A stretch of DNA of 64,000 nucleotides from an uncultured Candidatus Saccharibacteria bacterium (GCA_964599405.1 CAZRED010000002.1:44198-108197); one strand, 5' to 3'; numbered from the stretch's first letter, positions 18,988 through 28,700 are shown. Notes: generated from the sequence alone by a model not told the origin. A program made the numbers and translations.

Positions 18988-19593
18988 ATGCACATGAACA
19001 GAATCAACTTTAGACTCGCAAGAGGGGAAGAAGAGCTGTATGAAATATTAGCTCTGCGGTATAGAATCTTTGCGCTCGAAAAGGGGTGGATCGCAACGAA
19101 CCCAAGTGGCATTGACTTTGACCAGTGGGATTTCGCAAGCAGCCACCTTTGTGCCGTGGATGAATCTGGCAAGGTACTTGGTACCATGAGATTGATTCAC
19201 AATTCGCCCTTCGGATTCCCTGGTGAAGCCGCTTGTCCGTGCTTAATTGGTTCGTCGAAAGATCGGACTTATGAAGTATCGAGACTTGCTGTCGAGGAAC
19301 AGGAAAGAGGAAGACGCTCGCTAATCCTTATTGGTCTCTGCAGGTTAGTGCCTAGACTGGCAAAACTGCACAAGATTGATGATTGGATTGTGGTAGTGGA
19401 CAAGCCGGTTGCAAGAATTCTGAAAGGCCTAGGTTTCAACTTTGACTTCACTGGAGAGGTTGTTGACCATTTGGGATCACCGTGCGTTCCGTTGAGATGC
19501 ACCATGACCGAGGCAAGAAGAGTTCTATACCAGCCAAACTTATCGGAGCTTTTGGCAACTCACATCGAGGAAGCCTATGAGACTATCGAATGA
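18988..19593 (+). CDS. GNAT-fold N-acyltransferase of the autoinducer-synthase/FeeM N-acyl-amino-acid-synthase-like family
   Basis: LRYRIFALEKGW…VSRLAVEEQERGR pattern typical of PF13444 / exosortase-associated N-acyl amino acid synthases. Confidence 0.55.
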   Translation: MHMNRINFRLARGEEELYEILALRYRIFALEKGWIATNPSGIDFDQWDFASSHLCAVDESGKVLGTMRLIHNSPFGFPGEAACPCLIGSSKDRTYEVSRLAVEEQERGRRSLILIGLCRLVPRLAKLHKIDDWIVVVDKPVARILKGLGFNFDFTGEVVDHLGSPCVPLRCTMTEARRVLYQPNLSELLATHIEEAYETIE

Positions 19594-19600
19594 CCCATGA

Positions 19601-19625
19601 CGGCCGCATTACTGCGGCCGTTTTT
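19601..19625 (+). terminator. rho-independent terminator
   Basis: cggccgca-ttac-tgcggccg followed by ttttt. Confidence 0.8.
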
Positions 19626-19661
19626 GTTTAGATTTTTATCTCTAGGTGGTACTTTGGAAAT

Positions 19662-20465
19662 ATGGAAATATTTAATTATTCAGATTTTACACAGAGAAAC
19701 ATTGGAATAATATCCGTTTCTGATCAAGAAAAAGTGCGAACCTCTACGATCGCAATTGCAGGATGTGGGGCAGATGGTGGAGCACCCGCTATATCACTAG
19801 CAAGACTCGGCGTTAGTAATTTTAGGCTAGCAGATCCAGATGTTTTTGATTACAGCAATATTAATAGGCAGGAAGGTGCATTTACTGACACCATTAATAC
19901 GAAGAAAGCAAGGGAGATTGAATTAATAATAAAAAAAATAAATCCAGAGGCTAATGTCACAATCTACACAGAGGGTATTAATGAAGACAATGTGAATGAG
20001 TTTATTGAAGGGTCAGATATCGTCTTGGACGAGATAGACTATAGAAAGCCAAAGTATGCGCTTCTATTACACATAGTGGCGAGGAAACTGAATATCCCAG
20101 TAATTACTACTGTATCAGTTGGGTGGAACGCTTTTCTTTTCTATTTTGATCCATCTGGACTCACGTTTGAGGAGTACGTAAAAAAGGAGCCTCTTTCTGT
20201 TGAAGATAATTTTGAAGTAAACCCTTCTGCTTACGCACCAGAGTTACCCTCATATATTTCTGAAGAACTTTTAAAGGATATACTTTCAGAAAAAGTGGAG
20301 ATACCAGTTGTAGATCCCGCTGTTAGATTGGCGTCTGCACTAGCAAGCTCCTTTTGTATTTTTTGGTTGACTGGCGCAAAGAAGATAATGGCTGTTCCCC
20401 ATTATTACTCGGCGGGTGATTTATTACTGAAGCAGGAAAGCTTTAATAATTTGCGTAGGTCTTAA
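19662..20465 (+). CDS. ThiF/MoeB/E1-like adenylyltransferase (stand-alone, 267 aa)
   Basis: Rossmann nucleotide-binding motif IAIAGCGADGGAPAISLARLGV. No rhodanese, E2 or peptide-clamp domain, and no adjacent ThiS/MoaD-like ORF. Confidence 0.75.
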   Translation: MEIFNYSDFTQRNIGIISVSDQEKVRTSTIAIAGCGADGGAPAISLARLGVSNFRLADPDVFDYSNINRQEGAFTDTINTKKAREIELIIKKINPEANVTIYTEGINEDNVNEFIEGSDIVLDEIDYRKPKYALLLHIVARKLNIPVITTVSVGWNAFLFYFDPSGLTFEEYVKKEPLSVEDNFEVNPSAYAPELPSYISEELLKDILSEKVEIPVVDPAVRLASALASSFCIFWLTGAKKIMAVPHYYSAGDLLLKQESFNNLRRS

Positions 20466-22756
20466 TGGACGGACTGATTCTGTATTTGATTCTGGCATTC
20501 TTTGTCGTGATGAATTTGGTTTTGGGTTTGGTAGTTTTAAGAGCTGACTCAAAATCGGCTACCAATCGCCTTTTCGCCGGCTTCATCCTTTCGGTACTTG
20601 CTTGGCTCGTCACCAATGCAGTCGCTGATGCATCGGCGACTGCGACACTAGTTACCAGTTGGACTAAAATAACCATGGCCTCAGCGGCAAGCATTCCCTG
20701 GCTGCTACTACTTTTCACTTTAGTTTTTCCAACGAACGAGAAGTTAAGTAGAAAAACCATAATTCTACTGACCGTTCCTTATATGTTGGTGGCGCTTTTG
20801 TCCCTATTTACGGGACAAATTATTCAATCAGCAATATCAGTGGATAATGTAACACAGGTTACTTTTGGAAACTTAATCATTCTTTACGCAGCGTTCCTGT
20901 TGTTTTACGCGTGTTCATCCGTTTGGATACTAATACGAAAATTTAAACGTGCTGTGGGTATAGCACGGGCACAGATCGCATACTTTCTATTAGGCTTATC
21001 GCTTTTTATCATTTCTGCGTTAACAACTAATCTTATTCTCCCGGTAGTATTTCAAATCTTTTATTTAACCCCCTTTGGTTCGCTAACTACGGGGTTCTTA
21101 CTGGGGTTCACTGCTTACGCAATTGTTAGACATGGGCTCTTTAACATAAAAGTAATCTTAGCGCAGATTGCCGTCGTGTCCTTGGTGTTGGTAAACGGAA
21201 TCCAGTTATTCGAATCAGATAGTGTTGGTAACTTAGTTTTAAGGTCCGCAGTGTTTATTTTAGTCGCTGGGTTTGGGTACCTCTTTGTTAGGTCTGTGAT
21301 TAATGAGGTCAAAAGAAGAGAAGAGGTCGAGAAGCTTGCTCAAGAAAAAATAGAAGCACTAGGAGAATTGGAGCTTCGAAATAAAAACTTAGCGACACTG
21401 CAACAGATATCCGACATTGTTCTGAATGAAAACGATACAAAACAAATGGTTCAGAAGATTTTAGACGAAATTCCCAAGCAACTTGAATCATGCGTCAGTG
21501 GTCTGCTCTCGATTGTTAAAGACGGCAAACTAACGGCATACGCGATTAGCAGGAACAACCTATCACAAAAAGTCGTGGCAATGATCGGTGGGAGCTTGGA
21601 TAAGTATAGTTTCCCAATCAAGAAAGAATATAACCGGATTCACGAGGCGCTGGTGGATAAAAAGTCGATCGACTCGGATAATCTGACCGACTTTATCTCC
21701 CCGCCGATTCCTAAGGCTGTGGCTGCTTCCATTCAAACGTTAATCGGCGCCAAACATATTGAAGTGTTCCCGCTCTATGCTGGTGGTGAGCCACTAGGGG
21801 TAATGTTGTTTGTCTTTAATAAACCCGGCGCCGAAGTACATGAGAAAAACTACGCCATTGCCAAAGCAATTTCCGATGACTTGAGTTTGGCGGTACAACG
21901 AGCTCAAGCTTTTGAGCAGTTACAGGCGGCCAACGAGTATTTAGCCCAGCTGGACAAGATGAAAGATGAGTTCATCTCTATGGCCTCGCACGAGCTGAAT
22001 ACGCCGCTGGCGGCCATCGAGGGCTACCTGTCGATGATTCTGGACGAGAACATGGGCAAGATCGATAAACAAAGTCGCACCTACCTAAACCGGGCTTACG
22101 CCAGTTCCAAGCGCCTAGCAGAGTTGATTCTAGACTTGTTGAACGTCTCCCGAATTGAGCAAGGCCGGCTGAAGATGAAGTATGAAGAAATCTCCGTCGC
22201 CGAAATGGTGGAAAGCGTTATTCACGAGCTGCAAATTAAAGCCGACGGCAAAAAAATCTATCTAAAAACCGCCTTCGCCAAGGATTTGCCGAAAGTTTGG
22301 TGCGACCCCGACCGAATCCGGGAAGTGATCGTTAACCTGACCGGTAATGCCATTAAGTTTACGGACAAAGGCGGCATTACTATCAAGGCTAGCCAGCCAG
22401 ACGCCAAAAATATCCGTGTCCAGGTAGTCGATACCGGCCGGGGTATTGCCAAAGAAGACCAGCCCAAGCTCTTCCAGAAGTTCTCTCAAGTCAAGCGGGA
22501 AGTGGACGAGCACCAAGGCAGCGGTCTGGGACTCTACATCAGCAAGAACTTTGTGGAGCTGCATAACGGCAAGATCTGGGTGGATAGCGAAACCGGCAAG
22601 GGCGCGGCCTTCAGTTTTGAGCTGCCACTGATTAAAGAGCCGCCGAAAGAAGTGAAAGGGGCAGTACTGGAAGGACCGTTGAGCGCGCCACGGATTGAGC
22701 GAGGCAACCCAATGGAAGTGCCGACCGGCATTAAAGAGTCGGCGAAGAAAACTTAA
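20465..22756 (+). CDS. sensor histidine kinase (polytopic N-terminal sensor, coiled coil, HisKA + HATPase_c)
   Basis: About 8 TM helices in the N-terminal 290 aa; H-box SMASHELNTPLAAIEGY; N, G1 and G2 boxes (NLTGNAIKFT, DTGRGI, GSGLGL). Confidence 0.8.
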   Translation: MDGLILYLILAFFVVMNLVLGLVVLRADSKSATNRLFAGFILSVLAWLVTNAVADASATATLVTSWTKITMASAASIPWLLLLFTLVFPTNEKLSRKTIILLTVPYMLVALLSLFTGQIIQSAISVDNVTQVTFGNLIILYAAFLLFYACSSVWILIRKFKRAVGIARAQIAYFLLGLSLFIISALTTNLILPVVFQIFYLTPFGSLTTGFLLGFTAYAIVRHGLFNIKVILAQIAVVSLVLVNGIQLFESDSVGNLVLRSAVFILVAGFGYLFVRSVINEVKRREEVEKLAQEKIEALGELELRNKNLATLQQISDIVLNENDTKQMVQKILDEIPKQLESCVSGLLSIVKDGKLTAYAISRNNLSQKVVAMIGGSLDKYSFPIKKEYNRIHEALVDKKSIDSDNLTDFISPPIPKAVAASIQTLIGAKHIEVFPLYAGGEPLGVMLFVFNKPGAEVHEKNYAIAKAISDDLSLAVQRAQAFEQLQAANEYLAQLDKMKDEFISMASHELNTPLAAIEGYLSMILDENMGKIDKQSRTYLNRAYASSKRLAELILDLLNVSRIEQGRLKMKYEEISVAEMVESVIHELQIKADGKKIYLKTAFAKDLPKVWCDPDRIREVIVNLTGNAIKFTDKGGITIKASQPDAKNIRVQVVDTGRGIAKEDQPKLFQKFSQVKREVDEHQGSGLGLYISKNFVELHNGKIWVDSETGKGAAFSFELPLIKEPPKEVKGAVLEGPLSAPRIERGNPMEVPTGIKESAKKT

Positions 22757-22792
22757 CTTGAAAATAAGGGGAGATTTGCTAGGTTTATTACG

Positions 22793-23209
22793 ATGACCGA
22801 AACATTCAAAAGCATCTTATTAGTGGACGACGACCTGACACTGCGGGAGATGTACATGGAGCGTCTGAAGGCCGAAGGCTTCACTGTGGAGATGGCTAAA
22901 GACGGCGAGGAAGCTCTAGCCAAAGCCGCCGATTTGCAGCCAAATATTATCTTACTTGATATTATGATGCCGAAAATTAACGGACTGGATGTGCTGAAAA
23001 AACTCAAACAAGACAGTGCTACTTCCAGCATTCCGGTCATTGTCTTAACGGCGTTAATCCAAGACCGCGAAAAAATGGAGAGCATCACCCGCGGTGCCGA
23101 TGACTATATTGTTAAATCAGAAACCATGCCGGGCGATGTGATTCAAAAAATTAAAGCTGTTCTCGACCACCCAAAAGCTCACGATCAGACCGAAGGAACT
23201 AAGGAGTAG
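22793..23209 (+). CDS. stand-alone response-regulator receiver domain protein
   Basis: ILLVDDD…ILLDIMMP…K motif set of CheY-like receivers. No output domain. Confidence 0.8.
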   Translation: MTETFKSILLVDDDLTLREMYMERLKAEGFTVEMAKDGEEALAKAADLQPNIILLDIMMPKINGLDVLKKLKQDSATSSIPVIVLTALIQDREKMESITRGADDYIVKSETMPGDVIQKIKAVLDHPKAHDQTEGTKE

Positions 23210-23228
23210 GCTGAAAACCGCGCGGCAA

Positions 23229-24581
23229 TTGGAGGGGACGGCGCTGCGGGAAAACGGCCGAGAAATTGATTATATCCGGGTTGAAGGCGGCAATCCCTTG
23301 GTTGGCGAAATTGTGCTAAAAGGCGCCAAAAATACCGTGCCCAAATCGATGGTGGCAGCAATGCTGACCGACGAATTTTGCCAATTGGAAAACGCGCCAG
23401 AGATTGAAGACGTGGAGATTATCACTAAAATTATCGAGCTGTTGGGTGGCACGGTGACCAACGACACAGTAAGCGATGTGATTACCATTGAAACACCCGA
23501 TATCAAAACACCAAAAGCTAAGGAAATGGTTCGCTACACCGGCAAAAGCCGGATTCCGATCCTTTTTGCCGGTCCGCTGCTGGCTCGCTTGGGCGAGGCG
23601 ATAATCCCGATGCCTGGTGGCTGTGACATTGGGAGCCGGCCGGTGGATTTTCACATCCAAGCTTTGGAAAAGCTCGGTGCTACCGCTGTTGCCAAAGGCG
23701 ATTACTACTTATTGAAGGCCGATGGGCTGGTGGGAACAAAAATTGCTCTGAACTATCCGAGCGTCGGCGCCACCGAGCAGGTGTTGCTGGCCAGTGTTTT
23801 AGCTAAAGGCGTGACCGAGCTGACCAACGCCGCGGTGGAGCCAGAGATTATTGATTTAATTTCGGTGCTGCAGAAAATGGGCGCAATTATTTCGGTGGAT
23901 ACCGATAGAGTGATTACGGTTGTCGGCGTGGAAAAATTGCACGGCTATCGCCACGTGGCAATGCCGGATCGGATTGAGGCCGGCTCCTGGGCTTGTGCGG
24001 CTGCTGCTACCAACGGCCGAATTTTTGTCCGGGGCGCCCGGCAGCTGGAAATGATGACTTTTCTAAACAAGTTTCGCCAAGTCGGTGGCGAGTTTGATAT
24101 TAGCGACGAAGGTATTACGTTCTTTCGGGCCCGGCCACTCCAGTCAATCTCTTTGGAAACCGGCGTTCATCCCGGCTTTATGACTGACTGGCAGCAGCCG
24201 TTTGTGATTCTACTAACTCAAGCTCACGGCGCTTCAATTGTTCACGAAACCGTCTACGAAAACCGCTTTGGTTATGTTGAGGCGTTGAACAAAATGGGGG
24301 CAAAGATTCAGCTTTACAACAAGTGTCTCGGTGGTAATGACTGCCGCTACACTGGTACCAACTACCTGCATAGCGCCGTCGTTACCGGCCCAACGCCGCT
24401 GCACGGCACCGAGATTGAAGTACCGGATTTGCGTGGTGGCTTTTCTTACGTGATTGCGGCTCTAGTGGCCAGCGGCGAGTCAAAAATTACCAACATGGCG
24501 ATTATTGGCCGCGGCTACGAACATATCGTCGACAAGCTCAAAGGCCTAGGCGCCAAAATCTTAGAAGTCGGCGAGAACTAG
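23229..24581 (+). CDS. murA: UDP-N-acetylglucosamine 1-carboxyvinyltransferase
   Basis: Colinear with MurA (IRVEGGNPLVGEIVLKGAKN…; GGCDIGSRPVDFH). Starts at a TTG with a 10-aa N-terminal extension; exact start uncertain. Confidence 0.85.
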   Translation: MEGTALRENGREIDYIRVEGGNPLVGEIVLKGAKNTVPKSMVAAMLTDEFCQLENAPEIEDVEIITKIIELLGGTVTNDTVSDVITIETPDIKTPKAKEMVRYTGKSRIPILFAGPLLARLGEAIIPMPGGCDIGSRPVDFHIQALEKLGATAVAKGDYYLLKADGLVGTKIALNYPSVGATEQVLLASVLAKGVTELTNAAVEPEIIDLISVLQKMGAIISVDTDRVITVVGVEKLHGYRHVAMPDRIEAGSWACAAAATNGRIFVRGARQLEMMTFLNKFRQVGGEFDISDEGITFFRARPLQSISLETGVHPGFMTDWQQPFVILLTQAHGASIVHETVYENRFGYVEALNKMGAKIQLYNKCLGGNDCRYTGTNYLHSAVVTGPTPLHGTEIEVPDLRGGFSYVIAALVASGESKITNMAIIGRGYEHIVDKLKGLGAKILEVGEN

Positions 24582-24586
24582 CCGCG

Positions 24587-26008
24587 TTATAGTATCGGCT
24601 CTTCTTTCCACGACAGGATGGCGAACGACCCAGTCGTTGGAAACTGCGGCGGCGGATTTAAGGCTAGGTGATCGTCGTAGGTTTGGACAGTGGTCTGGTA
24701 ACCGCTGGTCACCGTTCCCGCAGCGTTGACCCAACTCCACGTCCACCAGGAGTTACTGCCGATACCGCCGTAAATGGAGATTTTCGTTTTGACGTTGCCG
24801 ATGTAGCGTGGTCGGTAAACGCCGCCCTTTTGGCTAAGCAGATAGGCGTCAATATTGAGATCGGCTTCGGAGTTGGAGTTAACAATCAGATCGCTCTGAC
24901 TAATTAGCCCCAAAGCCACCGAGCCATCTTTAATGGTGTAGTTGATGTCGTTTTGGAGAAAAATGTTGGTATTAGTGTTGGCGGTGTCTGGTAGGCGGCC
25001 AGAAGCCAGAGTGATGCGCGAGCTAACCGTCCCCCAAACCCAAGCGTTATCGGCCACGAAAATAATGCCATTATTTGGCAAGGCTCTTGGGGTACTTTCC
25101 CAAACCACGCTCTGCATCAAAGAGCTATGGCGGTTATGGCTAACGCAGTTGCCGCCCAAACTACCGTTATCCAGACTGGCAGTAACTTTACCGACGGTCA
25201 TGGTGTTGTTGGCGTTGAATTGGATGGCGTAACCGCTGTGGGTTTTTTGACCTTGAGCGTTGAGCAGGGTTGGTAGGAGAACGCCGTTGGTATTGGCAGC
25301 CAGCTGCAAGTCGTTCAAATCGGTGGTTAACTGGTTGAAACCAACCTGCAGAACGGGAAACTGCCAGTAGGTTTGGGGGCCGCCGATGCCCCAAATACCA
25401 TTTTTCACTTGGCCGTTGCCGCCGAAACATGCGGTGGGCGTGTAAGTGGTAGCGCCGGAGGAGACAACGCCGTTGGCCGTGCCGTCGTAGTGGATGCCTT
25501 TATTGGAGTGGACCAAGCCATTAGTGCTTTCGGTGTCGCCAAACCAAACTTCCGAGTTGGTAACGAACGAATATTGGGCAAACGATGGAATACCGAGCGT
25601 TGCGACCACCGTCCGTTGCTCACCGGTGGTGGAAGTACCCTGGGAGCGGACAGTGACGGTGGTGCCGCCTAGGCCGGGCGGGGTAATGGTGATGTCGTAA
25701 GTGCCAAGGGTGTCGCCGTTAGCATTCTTATATGTGTGGGTATAGGGGCCATACGGGCCGGGGCCAGTACAGGCCTGGCCGTCGCAGTAGTCTTGGTTAT
25801 TATGCGACAGGTGCCAAAGATAGTAGTTTATTCCAGCTTCGGCGATGCTAAGCGATTGGTTGGACTGGCTCTGATGTTTGGTGACCAGGTAGTTATTGAT
25901 CACCAAGCTCATGATCGCTGTCACAGTAATCAACATAATCGTGGCAAAGCCGAGTAGCATCGGTAGGAAATAGCCTGGTTTAGCGGCTTGTATCTTAAGA
26001 TGTTTCAT
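24587..26008 (-). CDS. PilX-like minor pilin / pilus tip-associated protein (hydrophobic N-terminus, no prepilin peptidase motif)
   Basis: N-terminal KPGYFLPMLLGFATIMLITVTAIMSL resembles PilX_N. Gly/Thr/Asn-rich beta-type C-terminus. Last gene of the pilus operon. Confidence 0.45.
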   Translation of the reverse strand: MKHLKIQAAKPGYFLPMLLGFATIMLITVTAIMSLVINNYLVTKHQSQSNQSLSIAEAGINYYLWHLSHNNQDYCDGQACTGPGPYGPYTHTYKNANGDTLGTYDITITPPGLGGTTVTVRSQGTSTTGEQRTVVATLGIPSFAQYSFVTNSEVWFGDTESTNGLVHSNKGIHYDGTANGVVSSGATTYTPTACFGGNGQVKNGIWGIGGPQTYWQFPVLQVGFNQLTTDLNDLQLAANTNGVLLPTLLNAQGQKTHSGYAIQFNANNTMTVGKVTASLDNGSLGGNCVSHNRHSSLMQSVVWESTPRALPNNGIIFVADNAWVWGTVSSRITLASGRLPDTANTNTNIFLQNDINYTIKDGSVALGLISQSDLIVNSNSEADLNIDAYLLSQKGGVYRPRYIGNVKTKISIYGGIGSNSWWTWSWVNAAGTVTSGYQTTVQTYDDHLALNPPPQFPTTGSFAILSWKEEPIL

Positions 26009-26583
26009 AGGTTTGTCTTTAGATTACGAAGATTTATCTTCGTTGTCACCACAATTGGGTTGGTCAGGATATTGCTGGTATCGAGAGCGGAGAGGTTGGG
26101 TTCGATCACTCGAACAGCGGAGATTGAGACGGGGAAGGCCAGTAAGGCGCTGTTTTCGTCGTAGTATTTGAACAGCGGTAGGTTGACGGAATTAGTCGAC
26201 TTACCGATCAGTGTGTGAATTTTAGCGTCGGACGGGTTGTAGCTATAATTGGGTGCCGTCCCAGAAGGTGGGGTAACAGAATATTTAATGGCTGCTCCCT
26301 GAATGTAGAAGTTAATTTCACTGGGATCGCTGTCGGCGACGTTGGGATAGCCATACATTTTGACATTCGTTTGGGTGGCTTCCAGGATTTCGGTGGAGCT
26401 GCGCAGTACCCGTATCAGCCGATCGATAGCCAGGTTCAGTTCGGTTTGGACAATCGACAGTGTCTGAACTTCTCGGTTGTTCCGGTAGGACTGACTGATA
26501 AAGCCAACCACCAGGCCGCCAAGTAATGAGACGATAAACATCGTTACTAACAGTTCAACAAGAGTGAAGGCCGGTTTTCTCAT
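26005..26583 (-). CDS. prepilin-type N-terminal cleavage/methylation domain pilin (pseudopilin)
   Basis: MRKPAFTLVELLV… is a class III signal with Glu at +5 but Ala at -1. ATG at 26583 overlaps the upstream stop (ATGA). Confidence 0.7.
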   Translation of the reverse strand: MRKPAFTLVELLVTMFIVSLLGGLVVGFISQSYRNNREVQTLSIVQTELNLAIDRLIRVLRSSTEILEATQTNVKMYGYPNVADSDPSEINFYIQGAAIKYSVTPPSGTAPNYSYNPSDAKIHTLIGKSTNSVNLPLFKYYDENSALLAFPVSISAVRVIEPNLSALDTSNILTNPIVVTTKINLRNLKTNL

Positions 26584-27974
26584 GGAATAATAAAGCCGCC
26601 AATTTGGGTAATAATTTTTCCGATCGAATTGATGACGATATCCCAACCACCGCTAACCGCTCCGGTTAAATTGAGAGTTACGGTAATAGTTTTGCCGTTG
26701 GCGTCGACGTTGGTTTGGGTGGGGATGATATCGGCTTGACCAACTTTGACTAGCTTGACGGTGCTGGAGCCATCAAAGTCTTCGCCGTCCAGAGCGACGT
26801 CTAGAATAGTTCCGGTGACGCCAGAGGCCGGTGCCACCGAATTAAGCTGCGGCCAGCTAACGTCGGTGGTGACCACAAAGGTAACGGCCAGCGAGGTGTT
26901 AGGGTCGACGGAAACATCTTGGTAGGGGCTGGTATTGACTAGGTAGTAACCGGATGGGGTACTTAAAGAGTACGAGTCCCACTCGATATCGCTGAAAGTG
27001 GCAACGCCGCTGCCGTCAGTGGTTTGGTTGTAGATATTCTTCGGGGTGTCGGGGTTGGTGGCGGTAATTTTGTTGGAGGTAGCCGTAATTGAAACGTTGG
27101 TTACCGGTGTCCCGCTTTCGCTAACGACCGTTACCACCATATCGGCCAATCTGTCGATGGCCAGGGTCTGAATTGTTACTTGTTGAATATTAACGTCGAC
27201 ATCCGGTTGAAATTGGTTAGGGTTCTGCGAGGTTCGGCTGGTGGTGAAGTCGGTAGAGTAGCCGTTTTTGGTAGCGACAATGTGGTAGCCGTTCTGGTTG
27301 TCTGGCGGCAGATTAGCCACAAATAAATAGCCTTGGGCGTTGGTTAGCCCCTGGATTGTAACGGAGTTATCGTTGTTAGTAATATCGACCGTGGCGTCGG
27401 CTACCGGCAGACCCTCGGCATCGATAATTTTTACTAAAATAATACCGGTATTAGTCGGTGTTTCGGCGGCTTTGGCGGCGGCGTTGCTGGAGAGCTTAAC
27501 CAACACGGTCGGCGTTCCTACCTTAAGCGCTTCCACGTTGATGCGCTTGTAGTCAACCGGTACGACGTCCTGGGCGTTGGAGACGGTGCCATCGGTACAC
27601 TCATATACCCCCGGGCCGGCCGGGATGGCGCAGCCGTCAAAGGCGTCGTCCACAAAAATAATCGCCGTGTTCAGTGTCAGCGATACCCCGCCACGGGTAA
27701 CGGTTTGGCTGTCTGGTATAGTGCCGTGCGGCAAGATGGTGCCGTTTTGGGTGGACAGCGAGTCGTAAGGGAGGTTGCGTAGGTACTCCATCTGCTCGTT
27801 GGCTAGGGCTCCGGCCAGAGTGCGGACCTTACCGGAGTCGGTGGCTCGCAGCATCACCACAAATGCGCCAATCACCGCTCCGAAGACGACAACGATAACC
27901 ATCGAATCGATAATTAGTTCTACCAGGGTAAAAGCCGGTTTTTTCCGGCCAAGCTTACCGGGCAAACGGATCAT
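26580..27974 (-). CDS. large (464 aa) prepilin-type N-terminal domain protein, probable adhesin-like minor pilin
   Basis: MIRLPGKLGRKKPAFTLVELII… class III signal, again with Ala at -1. Thr/Val/Asn-rich repetitive beta-rich body. ATG at 27974. Confidence 0.55.
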   Translation of the reverse strand: MIRLPGKLGRKKPAFTLVELIIDSMVIVVVFGAVIGAFVVMLRATDSGKVRTLAGALANEQMEYLRNLPYDSLSTQNGTILPHGTIPDSQTVTRGGVSLTLNTAIIFVDDAFDGCAIPAGPGVYECTDGTVSNAQDVVPVDYKRINVEALKVGTPTVLVKLSSNAAAKAAETPTNTGIILVKIIDAEGLPVADATVDITNNDNSVTIQGLTNAQGYLFVANLPPDNQNGYHIVATKNGYSTDFTTSRTSQNPNQFQPDVDVNIQQVTIQTLAIDRLADMVVTVVSESGTPVTNVSITATSNKITATNPDTPKNIYNQTTDGSGVATFSDIEWDSYSLSTPSGYYLVNTSPYQDVSVDPNTSLAVTFVVTTDVSWPQLNSVAPASGVTGTILDVALDGEDFDGSSTVKLVKVGQADIIPTQTNVDANGKTITVTLNLTGAVSGGWDIVINSIGKIITQIGGFIIP

Positions 27975-28698
27975 TACGCCCGAAGCTGCCTTCCTTACTG
28001 ATGTCGGGAGTGGCGGTGTAGCTGTCGAAACTGGCAAACAGCGTTGCCGCCTTGGTTAGCAGATCGGCAGAAAAATTACTGTCGGCGACTTGGGCGGGGA
28101 GCCAGAACGTTTGGCCACTGATACTGGCGCTTAATCCATCATTAGTGCTAGTGATCGAAACTCCGGTGACCGCATTCCAGCGGATAAATGTGGCCAACTT
28201 GCGGATTAAGACCCGAGTAGTATTGAAGTCAAATTGCCCAGCTATGGTGAATTGGGTTTGTGAGCTGGCGGCGGTGGCGATAGGCTGGGAGTTAGCGGTG
28301 GTTCCGGCGGAGACGTTATCGTCGCCGGTGCTGGCGGGAGCCGGTTGAGCAACGACGGCTGTGCCACTAAACGGTAGGGTGATGGTTGGGCTAATCCCTA
28401 GCGATTGAGCCAGGCCCTCTAATTGCAGCATGAGAATATCCGAACCCGGTTCGGTGGGTAGGGCGTTACTAGCTAAGTCGAAGTATTTATTTAGATCGGC
28501 TTCTTTGGCCGAAAAAGCGGCTAGCGAATCAACGCTGGCTTGGGCGGCCGCTACCTGGTCTGATAAGATCTGTTGCTGATTTTTAATCTCCCGGTATTTG
28601 TTGATAGCTGGCGGATAAAAGAACCAAATTCCGGTCACGGCCACTGCCAAAAATAGGAGGGTGGCGATGAGGAAAGTTCTGTTGGTTAGTAGGGTCAT
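27955..28698 (-). CDS. pilO: type IV pilus assembly protein PilO
   Basis: N-terminal TM followed by a coiled coil (YREIKNQQQILSDQVAAAQASVDSL) and the PilO C-terminal fold; position after PilN. Confidence 0.6.
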   Translation of the reverse strand: MTLLTNRTFLIATLLFLAVAVTGIWFFYPPAINKYREIKNQQQILSDQVAAAQASVDSLAAFSAKEADLNKYFDLASNALPTEPGSDILMLQLEGLAQSLGISPTITLPFSGTAVVAQPAPASTGDDNVSAGTTANSQPIATAASSQTQFTIAGQFDFNTTRVLIRKLATFIRWNAVTGVSITSTNDGLSASISGQTFWLPAQVADSNFSADLLTKAATLFASFDSYTATPDISKEGSFGRNDPFAR

Positions 28699-28700
28699 GA

